Shown here: in pieces, positions 1 through 10,983 of the stretch
Position numbering within the stretch: position 1 is the first letter of the stretch
How the letters are laid out: every line of letters begins with the position of its first letter
Assembly (NCBI GenBank): GCA_016839705.1
Contig: JAEOTR010000035.1
Span: 32,001 to 96,000 of the forward strand
Length of the DNA: 64,000 nucleotides
Reading direction: 5' to 3'
Source: Promethearchaeota archaeon
GTDB lineage: Archaea; Asgardarchaeota; Lokiarchaeia; Sigyniarchaeales; SOKP01
The notes under the pieces: generated by a model
Database searches by the model: none
Told to the model about the DNA's origin: nothing
What the model saw: only the letters and a program-made list of their open reading frames with translations
Made by a program: the position numbers and the translations under genes

Positions 1-372
1 GCGTGGATAATAGGAATCATAAGTGGAGTTATTAATCTTATATGGGGATTTGTTGGAATAATTCCACTTGCTGCAATACCTATTTTTGGAGCAGCATTAA
101 TGGGTCCATTTATTTGGCTAATAATAAGTGGAATAATAGCAATTCTGGTATCCTTTTTTATAATCTTACCTAAATTTTCACTAAAATGTTCTAAAAAAGA
201 TTGGGAATATCTACTTAATTGGAGAATGTCTCTGGGAACAACAAAATTCCCTTGGATGCTTTTTTGGGGAATAATTTTAGAAATATTTAGCTATGGTTGG
301 GGTGGCTTTGCAGTTTTTATTCCCGCATTAGTGTTAATATTTGCCGGTCCAAGAAAATATGAGTGGAAATAA
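1..372 (+). CDS. Multi-pass membrane protein, 5'-truncated by window edge
   Basis: Frame 1 is open from base 1 into the listed 100..372 ORF; hydrophobic segments. Confidence 0.7.
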   Translation, partial: AWIIGIISGVINLIWGFVGIIPLAAIPIFGAALMGPFIWLIISGIIAILVSFFIILPKFSLKCSKKDWEYLLNWRMSLGTTKFPWMLFWGIILEIFSYGWGGFAVFIPALVLIFAGPRKYEWK

Positions 373-502
373 AAAAAAATCTACTTTAACTTTTTTTTTT
401 CTATTTTTTTCTTCTTATTCAAAAAATTGTGAGCCCTTTATAGTATTTATATTATCTTGATTTTTTAACTCATATTATTTTACTAACTTCCTTATTATTG
501 AA

Positions 503-913
503 ATGGAGATGTACAATAAATATAAGGTCTATGGTAAGAAATTTTATACAGGCATGAGTGTAGGGGGTTCTCACCATTGGAATTATAATAACGGGAAGTG
601 GTTTGAAACAAAAGAAGCCCCGGATAAATGGAGCTTTACATTTGATAGTTTGAAAACACGAATAAATCCTGCCCCAAAAAATACAGGAGCGAGTAATAAA
701 ACAAAATTTCATTGGTATATAATAGCTAATCAAATAGCGACCAAGATTGATGAGAATTCTTACATGACTTCCATGAAGGGAGTTAAGTTTAAAATTGGCC
801 ATAAACGTCCACATTGGCGTACTTTCAGCTATAACTACTCTAATCAACTTACATATAAAGAACGAGTAATTCATGCTTTACAAGAAACACTTAAAGAACT
901 GAAGAAAAATTAG
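503..913 (+). CDS. Conserved hypothetical protein
   Basis: 136-aa ORF with natural-looking Trp/Gly motifs (YTGMSVGGSHHWNY, FHWYIIANQ); the antisense ORF looks like a shadow. Confidence 0.75.
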   Translation: MEMYNKYKVYGKKFYTGMSVGGSHHWNYNNGKWFETKEAPDKWSFTFDSLKTRINPAPKNTGASNKTKFHWYIIANQIATKIDENSYMTSMKGVKFKIGHKRPHWRTFSYNYSNQLTYKERVIHALQETLKELKKN

Positions 914-937
914 GTACCATTTAACATAAACAAAATA

Positions 938-1135
938 CTAATAATAAGAAAAATCATCGATATCGATGTTAGGTTGGTATTTAATTTTAAAGTTGTAACA
1001 ACGACAGCAAAAGAATTCAATGTATTCACTTTCCCAGAGATATGTTAGCTCTTCTTTTTCATCTGAACTAATATTTTTAATAAAACTTTCAAAGTCCAGT
1101 ATTTTCCCACATCTAAAACATTGTCGCTCTCTCAA
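938..1135 (-). CDS. Small Zn-finger microprotein
   Basis: CFRC...LWESEYIEFFCCRC; similar layout to 16527..16751. Confidence 0.7.
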   Translation of the reverse strand: MRERQCFRCGKILDFESFIKNISSDEKEELTYLWESEYIEFFCCRCYNFKIKYQPNIDIDDFSYY

Positions 1136-1176
1136 ATTTATTCTTCCTTAAAAATAAATAAAAGATAAGATATTTA

Positions 1177-1692
1177 TTAGAATTTCTCGTAATGAACTAT
1201 TTCTTCTAATGGTTTACGTTCTGTTATTTCACCTTTCGGTTTTACTGGGTAGCCTAATGGAGTTATTCCCATAACTTTATAATCTTCAGGAATACCTAAT
1301 ATTGATTTAATTTTACCTTCATTGAACCATCCAATCCAGCATGTAGCTAACCCTTCAGCTGTAGCCGCTAATAACAAATGTTCAAAACATATACCAAAAT
1401 CTACTCCGTAATATTTTTGACCATTTGAATTTGTTCCTGAAGCTTCCTCTGAAACAATCCCAACTATAAACATAGGAGCTTGAGCAAATTTTGGTGCCTG
1501 TCCTACAGCTTCCCAGACGGCCTTTACATTTTCTGGCTTTTTAACTACAATATACGAGCAAGGTTGCCCATTTGCCCAAGTTGGAGCGATTCTTGCAACA
1601 TTTAAAATCCGTTCAACTTTTTCTTCCTCCGGGACATCCTCTGTAAATACCCTATAACTTCTTCTAGTTTTAACTACTTCATAAAAATCCAT
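1177..1692 (-). CDS. Nitroreductase family protein
   Basis: RRSYRVF, APTWANGQP, GLATCWIG, LGYP motifs. Confidence 0.92.
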   Translation of the reverse strand: MDFYEVVKTRRSYRVFTEDVPEEEKVERILNVARIAPTWANGQPCSYIVVKKPENVKAVWEAVGQAPKFAQAPMFIVGIVSEEASGTNSNGQKYYGVDFGICFEHLLLAATAEGLATCWIGWFNEGKIKSILGIPEDYKVMGITPLGYPVKPKGEITERKPLEEIVHYEKF

Positions 1693-1775
1693 AATGTAAT
1701 CTCTCAGTTTTATTTTAAAATCTTGATAAGGTTAGGTAATACCAAAATTTTAACTTTGTTATTAGGTTCTATTAT

Positions 1776-2594
1776 TTAATCATCAATCATTCTTTTATGA
1801 CCCTTTGGGCATTCCCCATAAGTACAATCATAAAAACCATCATCATATTCTTCCCATGCATTGTAATGCTCCCAACAATAGATCTTATCACATTCAGGAC
1901 AGTAAGCATCTACACCTTCAGGTGAATGATATTTTTTCATAAAATTATGAGCACCTAAAAGGTCATCTTCCTCCAAAATCTTAAATAATATATTTACCAA
2001 TTCAATTCTTAAGGATGTTTCAAGAGTAATACCTCTGAAAACTAGAGATTCCTTTTCATCTAATCTTCCATATCCAATTTTAAATTTAACTGCAGTTTTA
2101 CTACACACAGAACACGGTAGATTATATTCTAAATCAGATATTTTGATAATTCTCTCAATAGGTTTCACAAATTCTTCTTTTGGTAATAAATCATTAAAAT
2201 TACTCCAAAAGGCATCCCAACATTCTTTGAAAGATACCCCAACTTTTTCAATAAGTAATGATGATTTGCGACTCTGGAAAATTTTAAGTTGACTTATTAT
2301 TTGAGATAAACGATTTCTTGCGGCATATAGGAAACTTTTTGAATCATCTATCTTTTTCAAATTAGGTTTTCCTTCTGTTATTGTTGTTAACACTTCCCAA
2401 GCAGAAACAGTACTATAAAAAAACTCCTTAACATTTGAAGTCCATATTTTTCTCGTCGAATCATCCAAATCCTTGAGGTTTTTGAAGTGATTTATTATCT
2501 CCTCTTTTATATCTTCAAGATTTTGAACATAATCACGAAGATTCAATATTTTTTCTAATATAATGTTATTTTCCCTATTCATAACTCTCCCCAA
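1776..2594 (-). CDS. Hypothetical protein, helical N-terminus and Cys/His Zn-binding C-terminus
   Basis: CSVC, CPECDKIYCWEH, CPKGH. Confidence 0.75.
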   Translation of the reverse strand: MGRVMNRENNIILEKILNLRDYVQNLEDIKEEIINHFKNLKDLDDSTRKIWTSNVKEFFYSTVSAWEVLTTITEGKPNLKKIDDSKSFLYAARNRLSQIISQLKIFQSRKSSLLIEKVGVSFKECWDAFWSNFNDLLPKEEFVKPIERIIKISDLEYNLPCSVCSKTAVKFKIGYGRLDEKESLVFRGITLETSLRIELVNILFKILEEDDLLGAHNFMKKYHSPEGVDAYCPECDKIYCWEHYNAWEEYDDGFYDCTYGECPKGHKRMIDD

Positions 2595-2794
2595 CTACAC
2601 AAGATAATTTGTATATTAATTTTTTGTCCTAATGTGGAAATTCTGTTTGGATGAGAAAAATTTATTTTCTTATCTCAATGATATATCATAATCATTGCTG
2701 CTAACATTATTTATAAACAAACAAAAGAGAATAGAATTGGAAATGTTACCTCCCTATTAAATATTAAAACTAAAGGAGTTTAGTAGGTGTAAAA

Positions 2795-3757
2795 ATGAGT
2801 AGTTTACATTTAGATGCAATAAAAGAAGCCTATCAAAAGATTAAAGGATTTGTTAGGAAGACACCTCTCATTCACTCAGCCTATTTTAGTGAATTATGCG
2901 GCAATAACGTTTATTTGAAATTGGAAAACCAACAACTCACAAATGCCTTTAAAATTCGTGGAGCCCTAAACCGAATGTTAAAATTGAGTTCAGATGAAAA
3001 AACTCGTGGAGTTATTACTGCCTCATCAGGAAATCATGCTCAAGCAATAGCTCTAGCAGCAAAACACTTAGGTATCTCTGCCAAAATCGTAGTTCCTAAG
3101 AATATTTCTGAAGCGAAATTAAAAAAAATAAAGCAATATGATGTAACCATTGTTCAAGAAGGAGATTTTGATGAAATTGAGACGAAAGCAAGAGATTTAT
3201 CTGCTCAAGAGAAAATAACATATATCAGTCCCTATAATGACATTGATATTATTATAGGCCAGGGAACTATTGCTCTTGAAATCTATAAGGATCTTGAACA
3301 TGTGGATGTGATTATTGTTCCCATTGGAGGGGGTGGTTTAATCTCAGGGATAGCATTCGCCTCTAAATTACTAAATCCAAAAGTTAAAATAATTGGTGTT
3401 CAAACTAAGGGCGCCTCTACTATGTTTGAATCTTGGAAAGCTGGTAAAATCATACAAGTCGAAGAATTTAATACCATAGCAGAGGGTTTATTAGGTGGAA
3501 TTGAATCTGATGCTATTACTTTTGAAATAATACAAAATTATGTTGATGAAATTGTGTTGGTAGACGAAGAGAGTGTTGAAAAAGCTATCAATCTCCTGTG
3601 GAATATAGAGGGTCAAATCGTTGAAGGAGCAGGAGCTACAGTTGTTGCTTTCTTAATTGAGAAAAAACAAAAATTCCTCAATAAAAATGTGGTAGCGGTA
3701 ATAAGCGGAGGAAATATCAATGAATCACTATTCAAAGAAATTTTGAGTAAACGCTAG
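2795..3757 (+). CDS. ilvA: Threonine/serine dehydratase (PLP, catabolic type, no ACT domain)
   Basis: KLENQQLTNAFKIRGA, ASSGNHAQ, PIGGGGLISG, ISGGN. Confidence 0.88.
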   Translation: MSSLHLDAIKEAYQKIKGFVRKTPLIHSAYFSELCGNNVYLKLENQQLTNAFKIRGALNRMLKLSSDEKTRGVITASSGNHAQAIALAAKHLGISAKIVVPKNISEAKLKKIKQYDVTIVQEGDFDEIETKARDLSAQEKITYISPYNDIDIIIGQGTIALEIYKDLEHVDVIIVPIGGGGLISGIAFASKLLNPKVKIIGVQTKGASTMFESWKAGKIIQVEEFNTIAEGLLGGIESDAITFEIIQNYVDEIVLVDEESVEKAINLLWNIEGQIVEGAGATVVAFLIEKKQKFLNKNVVAVISGGNINESLFKEILSKR

Positions 3758-3794
3758 CTTGTATGTTTTAAAAAAAAAAGATAGAATTTAGTAA

Positions 3795-4316
3795 CTATTC
3801 AATATATTTAACAATTTCATCTAATGATTTTCGAGGTCTTGGTTCAGGTATCTCTCCCTTTGGGTATCCTAATGGGAGAACTGTGAGTAAATGATCAGTT
3901 TCTTTTAGGTTTAGCAATTTCTTTACATTTTCTCTGTTTATTCTTCCAACCCAACAAGTTCCGATTCCTAATGACCATGCTGCTAATGCTAGCTGTAATG
4001 AAGCAAAACAAGTATCGTGAAGGTACCAGTTAGGTGATAATTCCATATCTCCAACGATCGCGACCAATACAGGGGCTCCAGCAGTGAAAGGACCTGTGGT
4101 ACATTCTTTCGCAATTTTTTTGATAAGCTCTTTATTTCTAATGACATAAAAAGTCCAGGGCTGTCTGTTTCTTGCACTCATACACCACCTAGTTGCCTCA
4201 AGGATTTGATTCAAAATTTCCGCTTCTATATCCCTTGAATCATAACTCCTAATACTTCTTCTTTCTTTTAATAATTTCAGTTGCTCAGATTCACTCATAT
4301 GAATATCACTTTTCAA
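3795..4316 (-). CDS. Nitroreductase family protein
   Basis: RRSIRSY, SARNRQPW, GIGTCWVG, LGYP. Confidence 0.92.
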   Translation of the reverse strand: MKSDIHMSESEQLKLLKERRSIRSYDSRDIEAEILNQILEATRWCMSARNRQPWTFYVIRNKELIKKIAKECTTGPFTAGAPVLVAIVGDMELSPNWYLHDTCFASLQLALAAWSLGIGTCWVGRINRENVKKLLNLKETDHLLTVLPLGYPKGEIPEPRPRKSLDEIVKYIE

Positions 4317-4570
4317 ATCTATATGTTATAACTAGAAAAAGAAAGAATTACTTAAATATTCAGTTTGATTAAATGTAGCTGTATCACTCTATTCTTCAGT
4401 AATAATTAATTCTTTTTCTTCGATTTCCTCTGCTTCATCCTCAATTGGGATTTTATGAAGATGACCGTGATATATAATAAATCTAAACTTTTGCACCTTA
4501 CTAACTGCCTCATGTGGCATGTGTTGTTTGATGATCCCAAATAATAAAAATAACGATACTCCACAAATTT

Positions 4571-5749
4571 TCAAAATAATTTCAGCTTAATGCGGTCTAT
4601 TGCATTCTTTAAGGTTTCTAGTTTTTGTGAAAATGAAAATCGGACGTACTTTGATCCTCGATTTTTATCAAGAGTTTTACCATTGAAAAAACTCGAACCT
4701 GGAACAACCGCAATACCACCGTCTTTTACTAGGAAGTTAGCAAACTCTATATCATTCATACCGAATTGGGAAATATCGGCAAAAATGTAATAAGCTCCTT
4801 GAGGCTTAAAAATGCGCATTCCTAACTTTGTCAATTGATTGTAGAGGAAATCTCTATTCGTTTGATACCGATTAATTAGATCCTTAAAATATGAAGGTCC
4901 TAAGTTAAATGATTTTAACGCAGCAAATTGTAATAAAGAAGGTGCTGCAACTGTTAAATAATCATGAACTTTCCGAATTCCATTCATTAATTCTGTGGTT
5001 GCTGAAACATAGCCAATTCTCCATCCTGTTATTGAAAAAGTTTTACTAAATCCACTGATTGTAATGGTTTTTTCACGCATTGAATCAAAACTTCCAATAC
5101 TTTGATGCTTTAGATCATCATAAATAATATATTCATAAATCTCATCAGTAATTACTATTATATCATTATCAATGCATAAGTCTGATATAGTTTTCAAATC
5201 TTTTGGAGAAAAAACCTTACCAGTAGGATTGTGGGGTGAATTAAGCATAATTGCTTTCGTTTTTGCATTAATATTGGATTTTAGCAGTTCTTCATCAATC
5301 TGATAGGTTTCTTCAGATAAGGATACAAAAACAGGAGTTGCTTGAGCGAGATATGTAATCGGGACATAATTCTCATACCAAGGCTCAAAAATTATAATTT
5401 GGTCACCTGGATTTGTTACCGCAAATAAACTTGCCGCTATCGCTTCACTCGCACCACAAGTTATTGTTAGTTCTTCATATGGATCGACGTCTATTTTATT
5501 ATACTTTTTCAATTTTTCTGCAATTTTTTCCCTTAAATCAGGCCGTCCATATGTTACAGTATATTGATGTACATCTTTATTAACTCCTTCCTTAATACCT
5601 GTAATTAGCTCATCGGGAGGAGAAAAATCAGGCATTCCCTGTGAAAGGTTAATAGCGTTATTTTCAATGGCCATCCGTGTCATTTCTCTTATTACTGATT
5701 CTTGAAAATAGTTTAAACTTTCAGCCAATTTTATCATTTTTTTTATCAC
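4571..5749 (-). CDS. Class I/II PLP-dependent aminotransferase
   Basis: INLSQGMPDF, NSPHNPTGKV, DEIY, SKTFSITGWRIG. Confidence 0.93.
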   Translation of the reverse strand: MIKKMIKLAESLNYFQESVIREMTRMAIENNAINLSQGMPDFSPPDELITGIKEGVNKDVHQYTVTYGRPDLREKIAEKLKKYNKIDVDPYEELTITCGASEAIAASLFAVTNPGDQIIIFEPWYENYVPITYLAQATPVFVSLSEETYQIDEELLKSNINAKTKAIMLNSPHNPTGKVFSPKDLKTISDLCIDNDIIVITDEIYEYIIYDDLKHQSIGSFDSMREKTITISGFSKTFSITGWRIGYVSATTELMNGIRKVHDYLTVAAPSLLQFAALKSFNLGPSYFKDLINRYQTNRDFLYNQLTKLGMRIFKPQGAYYIFADISQFGMNDIEFANFLVKDGGIAVVPGSSFFNGKTLDKNRGSKYVRFSFSQKLETLKNAIDRIKLKLF

Positions 5750-5975
5750 CCTACTTAATTCAAGTGTTAAACTTATTAAAGTTTTGAAATCAGCTTTAAT
5801 TCGCTTATTATTTCTTTTAGTTTAACATACTACTTATTTTAATTATGACCAACGTTAAAAATCTTAAGTTTACAAAGAGTTAAGAATAAACTTTTTTACT
5901 AAAGTGTGAGAAAATTCTCTCGGATAAGCAAAATAAAAAATTCTAAAATAAATCAAGGTTTCAAATAAATATAGC

Positions 5976-7253
5976 ATGAAAATACAGAATAAACTAATTA
6001 AATCCGAAAATCAGAACTTGCTAGTCAGTAAAATTTCTCTGATTATCGCTATATTTTTTGCGAGTATAGCAGGGTATGCGTATTTTGCTTTTATACCACG
6101 ATTTTTATACGAAAAAGGTTTCTCAGAAGGACAAGTAATTTTTACGATGACTTGGATGGGGATTGGCTTAGCTTTATTTTCCTGGCTTTTTGGAAAAATA
6201 AGCGATAAATCAGGACGAAGAAAATTATTTCTCATTTTAGCCCTTTTTTTACAACTTATCGTCCTTTCTTTATTAAATTTAAGTAACCACATTGTTTTTC
6301 ATTGTGTTTTAAACTTTTTCAGGGGAGTTATATTAGGGATGCGAATGCCAGCATCTGATGCTCTATTTGCAGATATTGTTGAGAATTCAAGTAAGAAGGT
6401 TAAAATGGTACCTAAATTAGAAACAACCGAGGTTAGTGGAACACAATTATCACTTAGTAGTGCCACTAAAAGCACAGGATGGGCCATTGGAGTCTTGCTG
6501 TCAAGCTCTTTAATTGGTATTTTTGGGGTGGATTCGTTAGTTCTCTTCTTAATAATCACAACTGCTATTTCCTTAATTTTCGCAATTCCAATACAAGATA
6601 TTAAGAAGAATAACTTAGTAGATCAAGGTGGTGGTATCGATATCACGGAAGAGAAGATCCAATCCCGCAATACATCATCCCGTAAAGGTTTAATCCCACG
6701 AAAAAAGATGAAAGTTAAACTCATTCTTTATATTAGCGTCTTTTTTCGTCAGTTTGGAGTAATACCATTTATTCAGATTATCAGTCTCTTGCTTTTTACC
6801 GCTGGAATCCCTGATGAGCTATCGGGAATAGTTATTGCTTTAAATCCAATATTGCAGGTGGTAGCAATGGTCATTTGTGGCAGAATTGTCGATAATCCGA
6901 AGATTTCAGAAAAATTGATGCTTGCCATCGGATTTGTATTATCTACTCTGGCATTAGGTTGTTATGGATTGGGAACATCGACGGGTTTAATAGCATATTT
7001 CATCCTTGGGCAAGTATCACTTGGTTTTTCATGGGGCTTTATTTCCACAGGTGCAGTAAAGTATATCGTAAACCATGCTCCAATGGATAGAGCATTTTAT
7101 ATGGGTATTTGGATGACTGATCTTCAGATAGCAAAAATCACCTCTTACCAAATTTTTACTTTTATTTGGATTAGTCTATTTACTCCTACAATGACTTTGC
7201 CATTTGTTGCTTTAATTCCTCTTATTGGATTAATATTTGTGTATTGGTTATAA
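5976..7253 (+). CDS. MFS transporter
   Basis: GKISDKSGRRK motif A; about 12 TM segments. Confidence 0.88.
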   Translation: MKIQNKLIKSENQNLLVSKISLIIAIFFASIAGYAYFAFIPRFLYEKGFSEGQVIFTMTWMGIGLALFSWLFGKISDKSGRRKLFLILALFLQLIVLSLLNLSNHIVFHCVLNFFRGVILGMRMPASDALFADIVENSSKKVKMVPKLETTEVSGTQLSLSSATKSTGWAIGVLLSSSLIGIFGVDSLVLFLIITTAISLIFAIPIQDIKKNNLVDQGGGIDITEEKIQSRNTSSRKGLIPRKKMKVKLILYISVFFRQFGVIPFIQIISLLLFTAGIPDELSGIVIALNPILQVVAMVICGRIVDNPKISEKLMLAIGFVLSTLALGCYGLGTSTGLIAYFILGQVSLGFSWGFISTGAVKYIVNHAPMDRAFYMGIWMTDLQIAKITSYQIFTFIWISLFTPTMTLPFVALIPLIGLIFVYWL

Positions 7254-7344
7254 AAATATAAATCTTCATATCAACTCATTTTAAGATTACATTAACGAAA
7301 AATCAAAGTATTAAGGAATAATATATTAATTTAGTAGAGAAACC

Positions 7345-8508
7345 ATGGATATTAGTGAACTTAAAAAAAATATTAAGCAACTTATATTCAATAAAGGAGC
7401 AAAATTAGTTGGTATTGGAAGCCGAGAACGACTTAAGGATGCCCCTGCTTCTGCGGATATGGAATATTGCTTGCCAGGAGCTCAAAGTTGTATTATATGG
7501 GCATACACAAACCCTATAGAAGCACTGGAGAATTATTTCTCTAAAAAAGAAAGGATGAGTATTAAGAAAGCTCAACAAATTGGATATGCGGGTTCATGGA
7601 GAACCGCACTAATTCTTGCAGAGTTCAACAAAAAAAACACAAATTATCAAGCATTTCCGGTTATACCAAATGCAAAGTACAGACCTCGAAAAGATTTACC
7701 CAATGATATTGGAGGAGATATACGTTACCCTGACTTTTCATTAAGATATGGGGCAGTAGCAGCTGGTTTGGGACACCTTGGATGGTCAGGTAACTTGGTG
7801 ACTAAAGAATATGGTGGTTCATTATATTTAGGAGGTGTGTTGACCACAGCACCTCTTGTACCTGATCCTATGGCTGAAGAAAATAATTGTAACAAATGTA
7901 AACTTTGTACAAAGGTATGCACTACTGGTTATTTTTCTGAAAATGAAGAAGAAGATATGCAACCAGTTATTATTGGTGGACAAACAGAGACATATGCCAA
8001 GAGGGGAACATTTTCACAATGCGGGATTGGATGTGCCGGGTGGTATGGGTTATCAGAAGATGGCACTTGGAGTACGTGGACACCAGGTCATGTGTGTTTG
8101 AAAGAAATACCCGAAGAAAGATGGCAAGATAGCGACTTTCGAAGAGATTTATATAGCAAAATCCTTATTAATAAAACTCTCCCCGAAAATATGAGGAAAT
8201 TTAATCAATCCATAGCTAGATCCTTTGGCAACGCAGCAAGACTTGAAAATGTAGGACTCCGCCAATTTGTAGATACAAATCCTCGATGTGGCAACTGCAA
8301 TTTTATATGCGTTGCTGAACCAAAGAAGAGAAAAGAACTCTATTCAATGCTTATTAATTCGGGAAAAGTCTATATTGATGATAATGGATTAGAGTATGTC
8401 AAAAAGTGTGATGAAAATGGAAAAGAAATTATCTATTATCCCCCAACCCAAGAGGAATTTTTCACAAAAGAGGAATTAACTGAATTAGATAATATTAGAA
8501 ATGTCTAA
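7345..8508 (+). CDS. Epoxyqueuosine reductase / reductive dehalogenase-like Fe-S protein
   Basis: GAKLVGIG, FSLRYGAVAAGLGHLGWSG, CNKCKLCTKVC and CGNCNFIC. Confidence 0.78.
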   Translation: MDISELKKNIKQLIFNKGAKLVGIGSRERLKDAPASADMEYCLPGAQSCIIWAYTNPIEALENYFSKKERMSIKKAQQIGYAGSWRTALILAEFNKKNTNYQAFPVIPNAKYRPRKDLPNDIGGDIRYPDFSLRYGAVAAGLGHLGWSGNLVTKEYGGSLYLGGVLTTAPLVPDPMAEENNCNKCKLCTKVCTTGYFSENEEEDMQPVIIGGQTETYAKRGTFSQCGIGCAGWYGLSEDGTWSTWTPGHVCLKEIPEERWQDSDFRRDLYSKILINKTLPENMRKFNQSIARSFGNAARLENVGLRQFVDTNPRCGNCNFICVAEPKKRKELYSMLINSGKVYIDDNGLEYVKKCDENGKEIIYYPPTQEEFFTKEELTELDNIRNV

Positions 8509-8544
8509 AATAAGAAAAAAACGAAGAGAAAGATTTCCGGCTTT

Positions 8545-9831
8545 TTACTTATTCCTTGGTGGTTTAATGAGATACGCCAATGCAGCTGATCCTAATGACA
8601 TAATCCCCATTACTATAAAAAGTACTAAATAGCTACCAAAAATCGTGACAAGCAAATTCACTCCAACCGCACCAATAAAACCGGCGATCCCATAAGCAGT
8701 AAACACGATCCCGTAGTTAGGACCTAAATTTTTAGAACCGAATAAATCAGAAGTAGCTGTAGGAAATAGACTAAAATTGCCTCCAAAGCAGAAAAATATC
8801 GCACAAGTAATGATTAAGAAATATATCTCATTAAAATTCGTTGTAAAATAAATGAATAACAAAACAGCTTGAGTTAGAAACATTAGTAACATTGCTTTTT
8901 TATAAGTTATTATATCTGCCATCTTTCCCCATACAATTCTTCCTAATCCGTTAAATAATGCTGCCAAACTTCCAATTAATACAAAGTCACTTGTGCCAAT
9001 CACATATGAAAACACACTAGGTGCAACTTCAGTTTTGGCAAACGCGGAGTAGGACCCGATCACCATGAGACCGGATATCGCACTTAACGCGAAAGCTGCC
9101 CAGAACATCCAAAATTGGGGTAGTTTGACAGTTTGACTTCGCTCGAATTCCAAACCTGAGATTCCACTCTCTTCAGAGGGTACGGGAGACTCCCAACCAG
9201 CAGGTGTCCAACCAGTAGGAGGGTTACTTAGCGCCATTGCTCCACCAATAACAAGAATAATATAAATTATTCCTAAAACAATAAACATTATAGGAATATT
9301 CGGAGAAATTACATTAACAAAATTTGGAGCTTTATCAGATAGACCAGTAGGATTAGCAAGTGCTTTAATTACAAAGTTAAAAATGAACGCTCCGGCACCA
9401 AATCCTGCCACAGCAATTCCATTGATAAACCCCTTTTTATCTGGAAACCATTTCCCCGCAGCTGCAATTGGACATACATACCCAAAACCAATTCCTACTC
9501 CAAATATAATACCATATGTTATTAATAATCCAATAAAGGTTGTCATAAATGCTGAGGATATTAACCCAATACCAATTAGAATTCCTCCAAGTATGGCAAC
9601 ATTTCTTGGCCCGTATTTTTGTTGCAATGATCCAGCAAAGATCATTGTCACAGCAAAAGAAAGCAAGCCCACACCAAACACGTATACGGTTAATTCCTTA
9701 GCTGCATTCAAATAGGGACTTACGAACACTGTAACTGTTCCCCAAGAATAGATCGTACCTAAAGCTAACTGAATCATAATAGCCCCAATTACCACAATCC
9801 AGCGATTTCGAATTTTTTGATCTTCAGACAT
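8545..9831 (-). CDS. OFA (oxalate:formate antiporter-like) MFS transporter
   Basis: LGTIYSW, KWFPDKKG, FNGLGRIVWG, GPNYGIVFTAYG. Confidence 0.9.
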   Translation of the reverse strand: MSEDQKIRNRWIVVIGAIMIQLALGTIYSWGTVTVFVSPYLNAAKELTVYVFGVGLLSFAVTMIFAGSLQQKYGPRNVAILGGILIGIGLISSAFMTTFIGLLITYGIIFGVGIGFGYVCPIAAAGKWFPDKKGFINGIAVAGFGAGAFIFNFVIKALANPTGLSDKAPNFVNVISPNIPIMFIVLGIIYIILVIGGAMALSNPPTGWTPAGWESPVPSEESGISGLEFERSQTVKLPQFWMFWAAFALSAISGLMVIGSYSAFAKTEVAPSVFSYVIGTSDFVLIGSLAALFNGLGRIVWGKMADIITYKKAMLLMFLTQAVLLFIYFTTNFNEIYFLIITCAIFFCFGGNFSLFPTATSDLFGSKNLGPNYGIVFTAYGIAGFIGAVGVNLLVTIFGSYLVLFIVMGIMSLGSAALAYLIKPPRNK

Positions 9832-9987
9832 ATTAACTTCACTTAATAAATTCTTCTATTTTCTAAGAATTGCTTGAAAGATAAATATTTTGTATTAATA
9901 TTTTAAAAAGATTCGAGGAGTTTTAATTGAATAACAGAGCTTAAAAAAATTAATCGTATATGAATTATAAAGATTTAAAGGTTAGAT

Positions 9988-10983
9988 TTATTTATTTCCT
10001 TTCAAAATTTCTTGTCTTTTTTCAGCCATTCTTTGCATTCTTTTCATAATTCGTTCTCGTATTTCTGGCTTGATATCTTTTAGTTGTTCCATTGATTTTT
10101 GAGCACCTTCTTGGATTTGTTTAATCATCATTTTTTGGTCTTCTGGATCTAATTTTTGGAGTGCTTTATAAAATTGTTCTTGCCCTTCCTGTGGATCATG
10201 GGGTATTCTTCCGGATAACAGCCCACCATCTACTAAAAGCGTCTCACCTGTTATAAAACTACTAGAATCACTTGCTAGAAATAAGGCAGCATTAGCGATA
10301 TCTTCTGGTATTCCTGCACGCCTTATTGCTTGACCATCCCTCATAAATTCCTTTCTTAAATCCCCCCATTTTTCAGCAGTTTCACGTGAAAATCCAATAC
10401 CCTGACCAAATATTCCTGTGGCTATACCGCCAGGTGCTATTGTATTTGCTCTAATCCCAAATATTCCTAATTCAACTGCTGCAATTCGAGCTAGGTGAAT
10501 TAATGCTGCTTTAGAGAGAGAATATGCTAAACCGCCCATCCCTTGCTGAAATCCTGCCACAGAACCTGTAAATATAAAACATCCGGATCCTTGCTTCTTC
10601 ATTAAGGGTATCGAATGCTTCATGCACAGGACTGCTCCTCGAAGGTGAATCGCCATAGTATGGTCGAAATCTTCGGTTTCGGTATTTTCAATTCCCCCTC
10701 CAGAACCAGGATTCCCCGCGTTTGAAAACACAATATCGAGTTGACCAAATTTCTCTATTGCGAGATCAATGGCTCTTTTTATATCAGATTCTTGAGATAC
10801 ATCAGTGTGAATATACATTGCGTTTTTTCCAAGCTCTTCAGCAAATTTTTCTCCCATCTCATCCCAAATATCTGCTAAAATAACCCCTTTAGCCCCTTCT
10901 TCTATGAAAAGCTTTGATGTTGCTCTTCCTATCCCACCAGCAGCTCCTGTAATAAGAGCTACTTTTCCATCTAACTGTTTCAT
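9988..10983 (-). CDS. Short-chain dehydrogenase/reductase with C-terminal helical extension
   Basis: TGAAGGIG, NAG, YSLSK, ITGETLLVDGG. Confidence 0.92.
   Translation of the reverse strand: MKQLDGKVALITGAAGGIGRATSKLFIEEGAKGVILADIWDEMGEKFAEELGKNAMYIHTDVSQESDIKRAIDLAIEKFGQLDIVFSNAGNPGSGGGIENTETEDFDHTMAIHLRGAVLCMKHSIPLMKKQGSGCFIFTGSVAGFQQGMGGLAYSLSKAALIHLARIAAVELGIFGIRANTIAPGGIATGIFGQGIGFSRETAEKWGDLRKEFMRDGQAIRRAGIPEDIANAALFLASDSSSFITGETLLVDGGLLSGRIPHDPQEGQEQFYKALQKLDPEDQKMMIKQIQEGAQKSMEQLKDIKPEIRERIMKRMQRMAEKRQEILKGNK

Noticed and set aside
470-874. 134-aa minus ORF, and the many other short ORFs antisense to or nested in long genes (e.g. 9383..9715, 30752..31087, 42187..42618, 50658..51176)
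   Set aside because: Shadow frames of well-supported genes, with no independent motifs
4389-4574. 61-aa ORF overlapping the aminotransferase stop
   Set aside because: The acidic C-half may be a gene remnant, but there is no recognisable family or credible start
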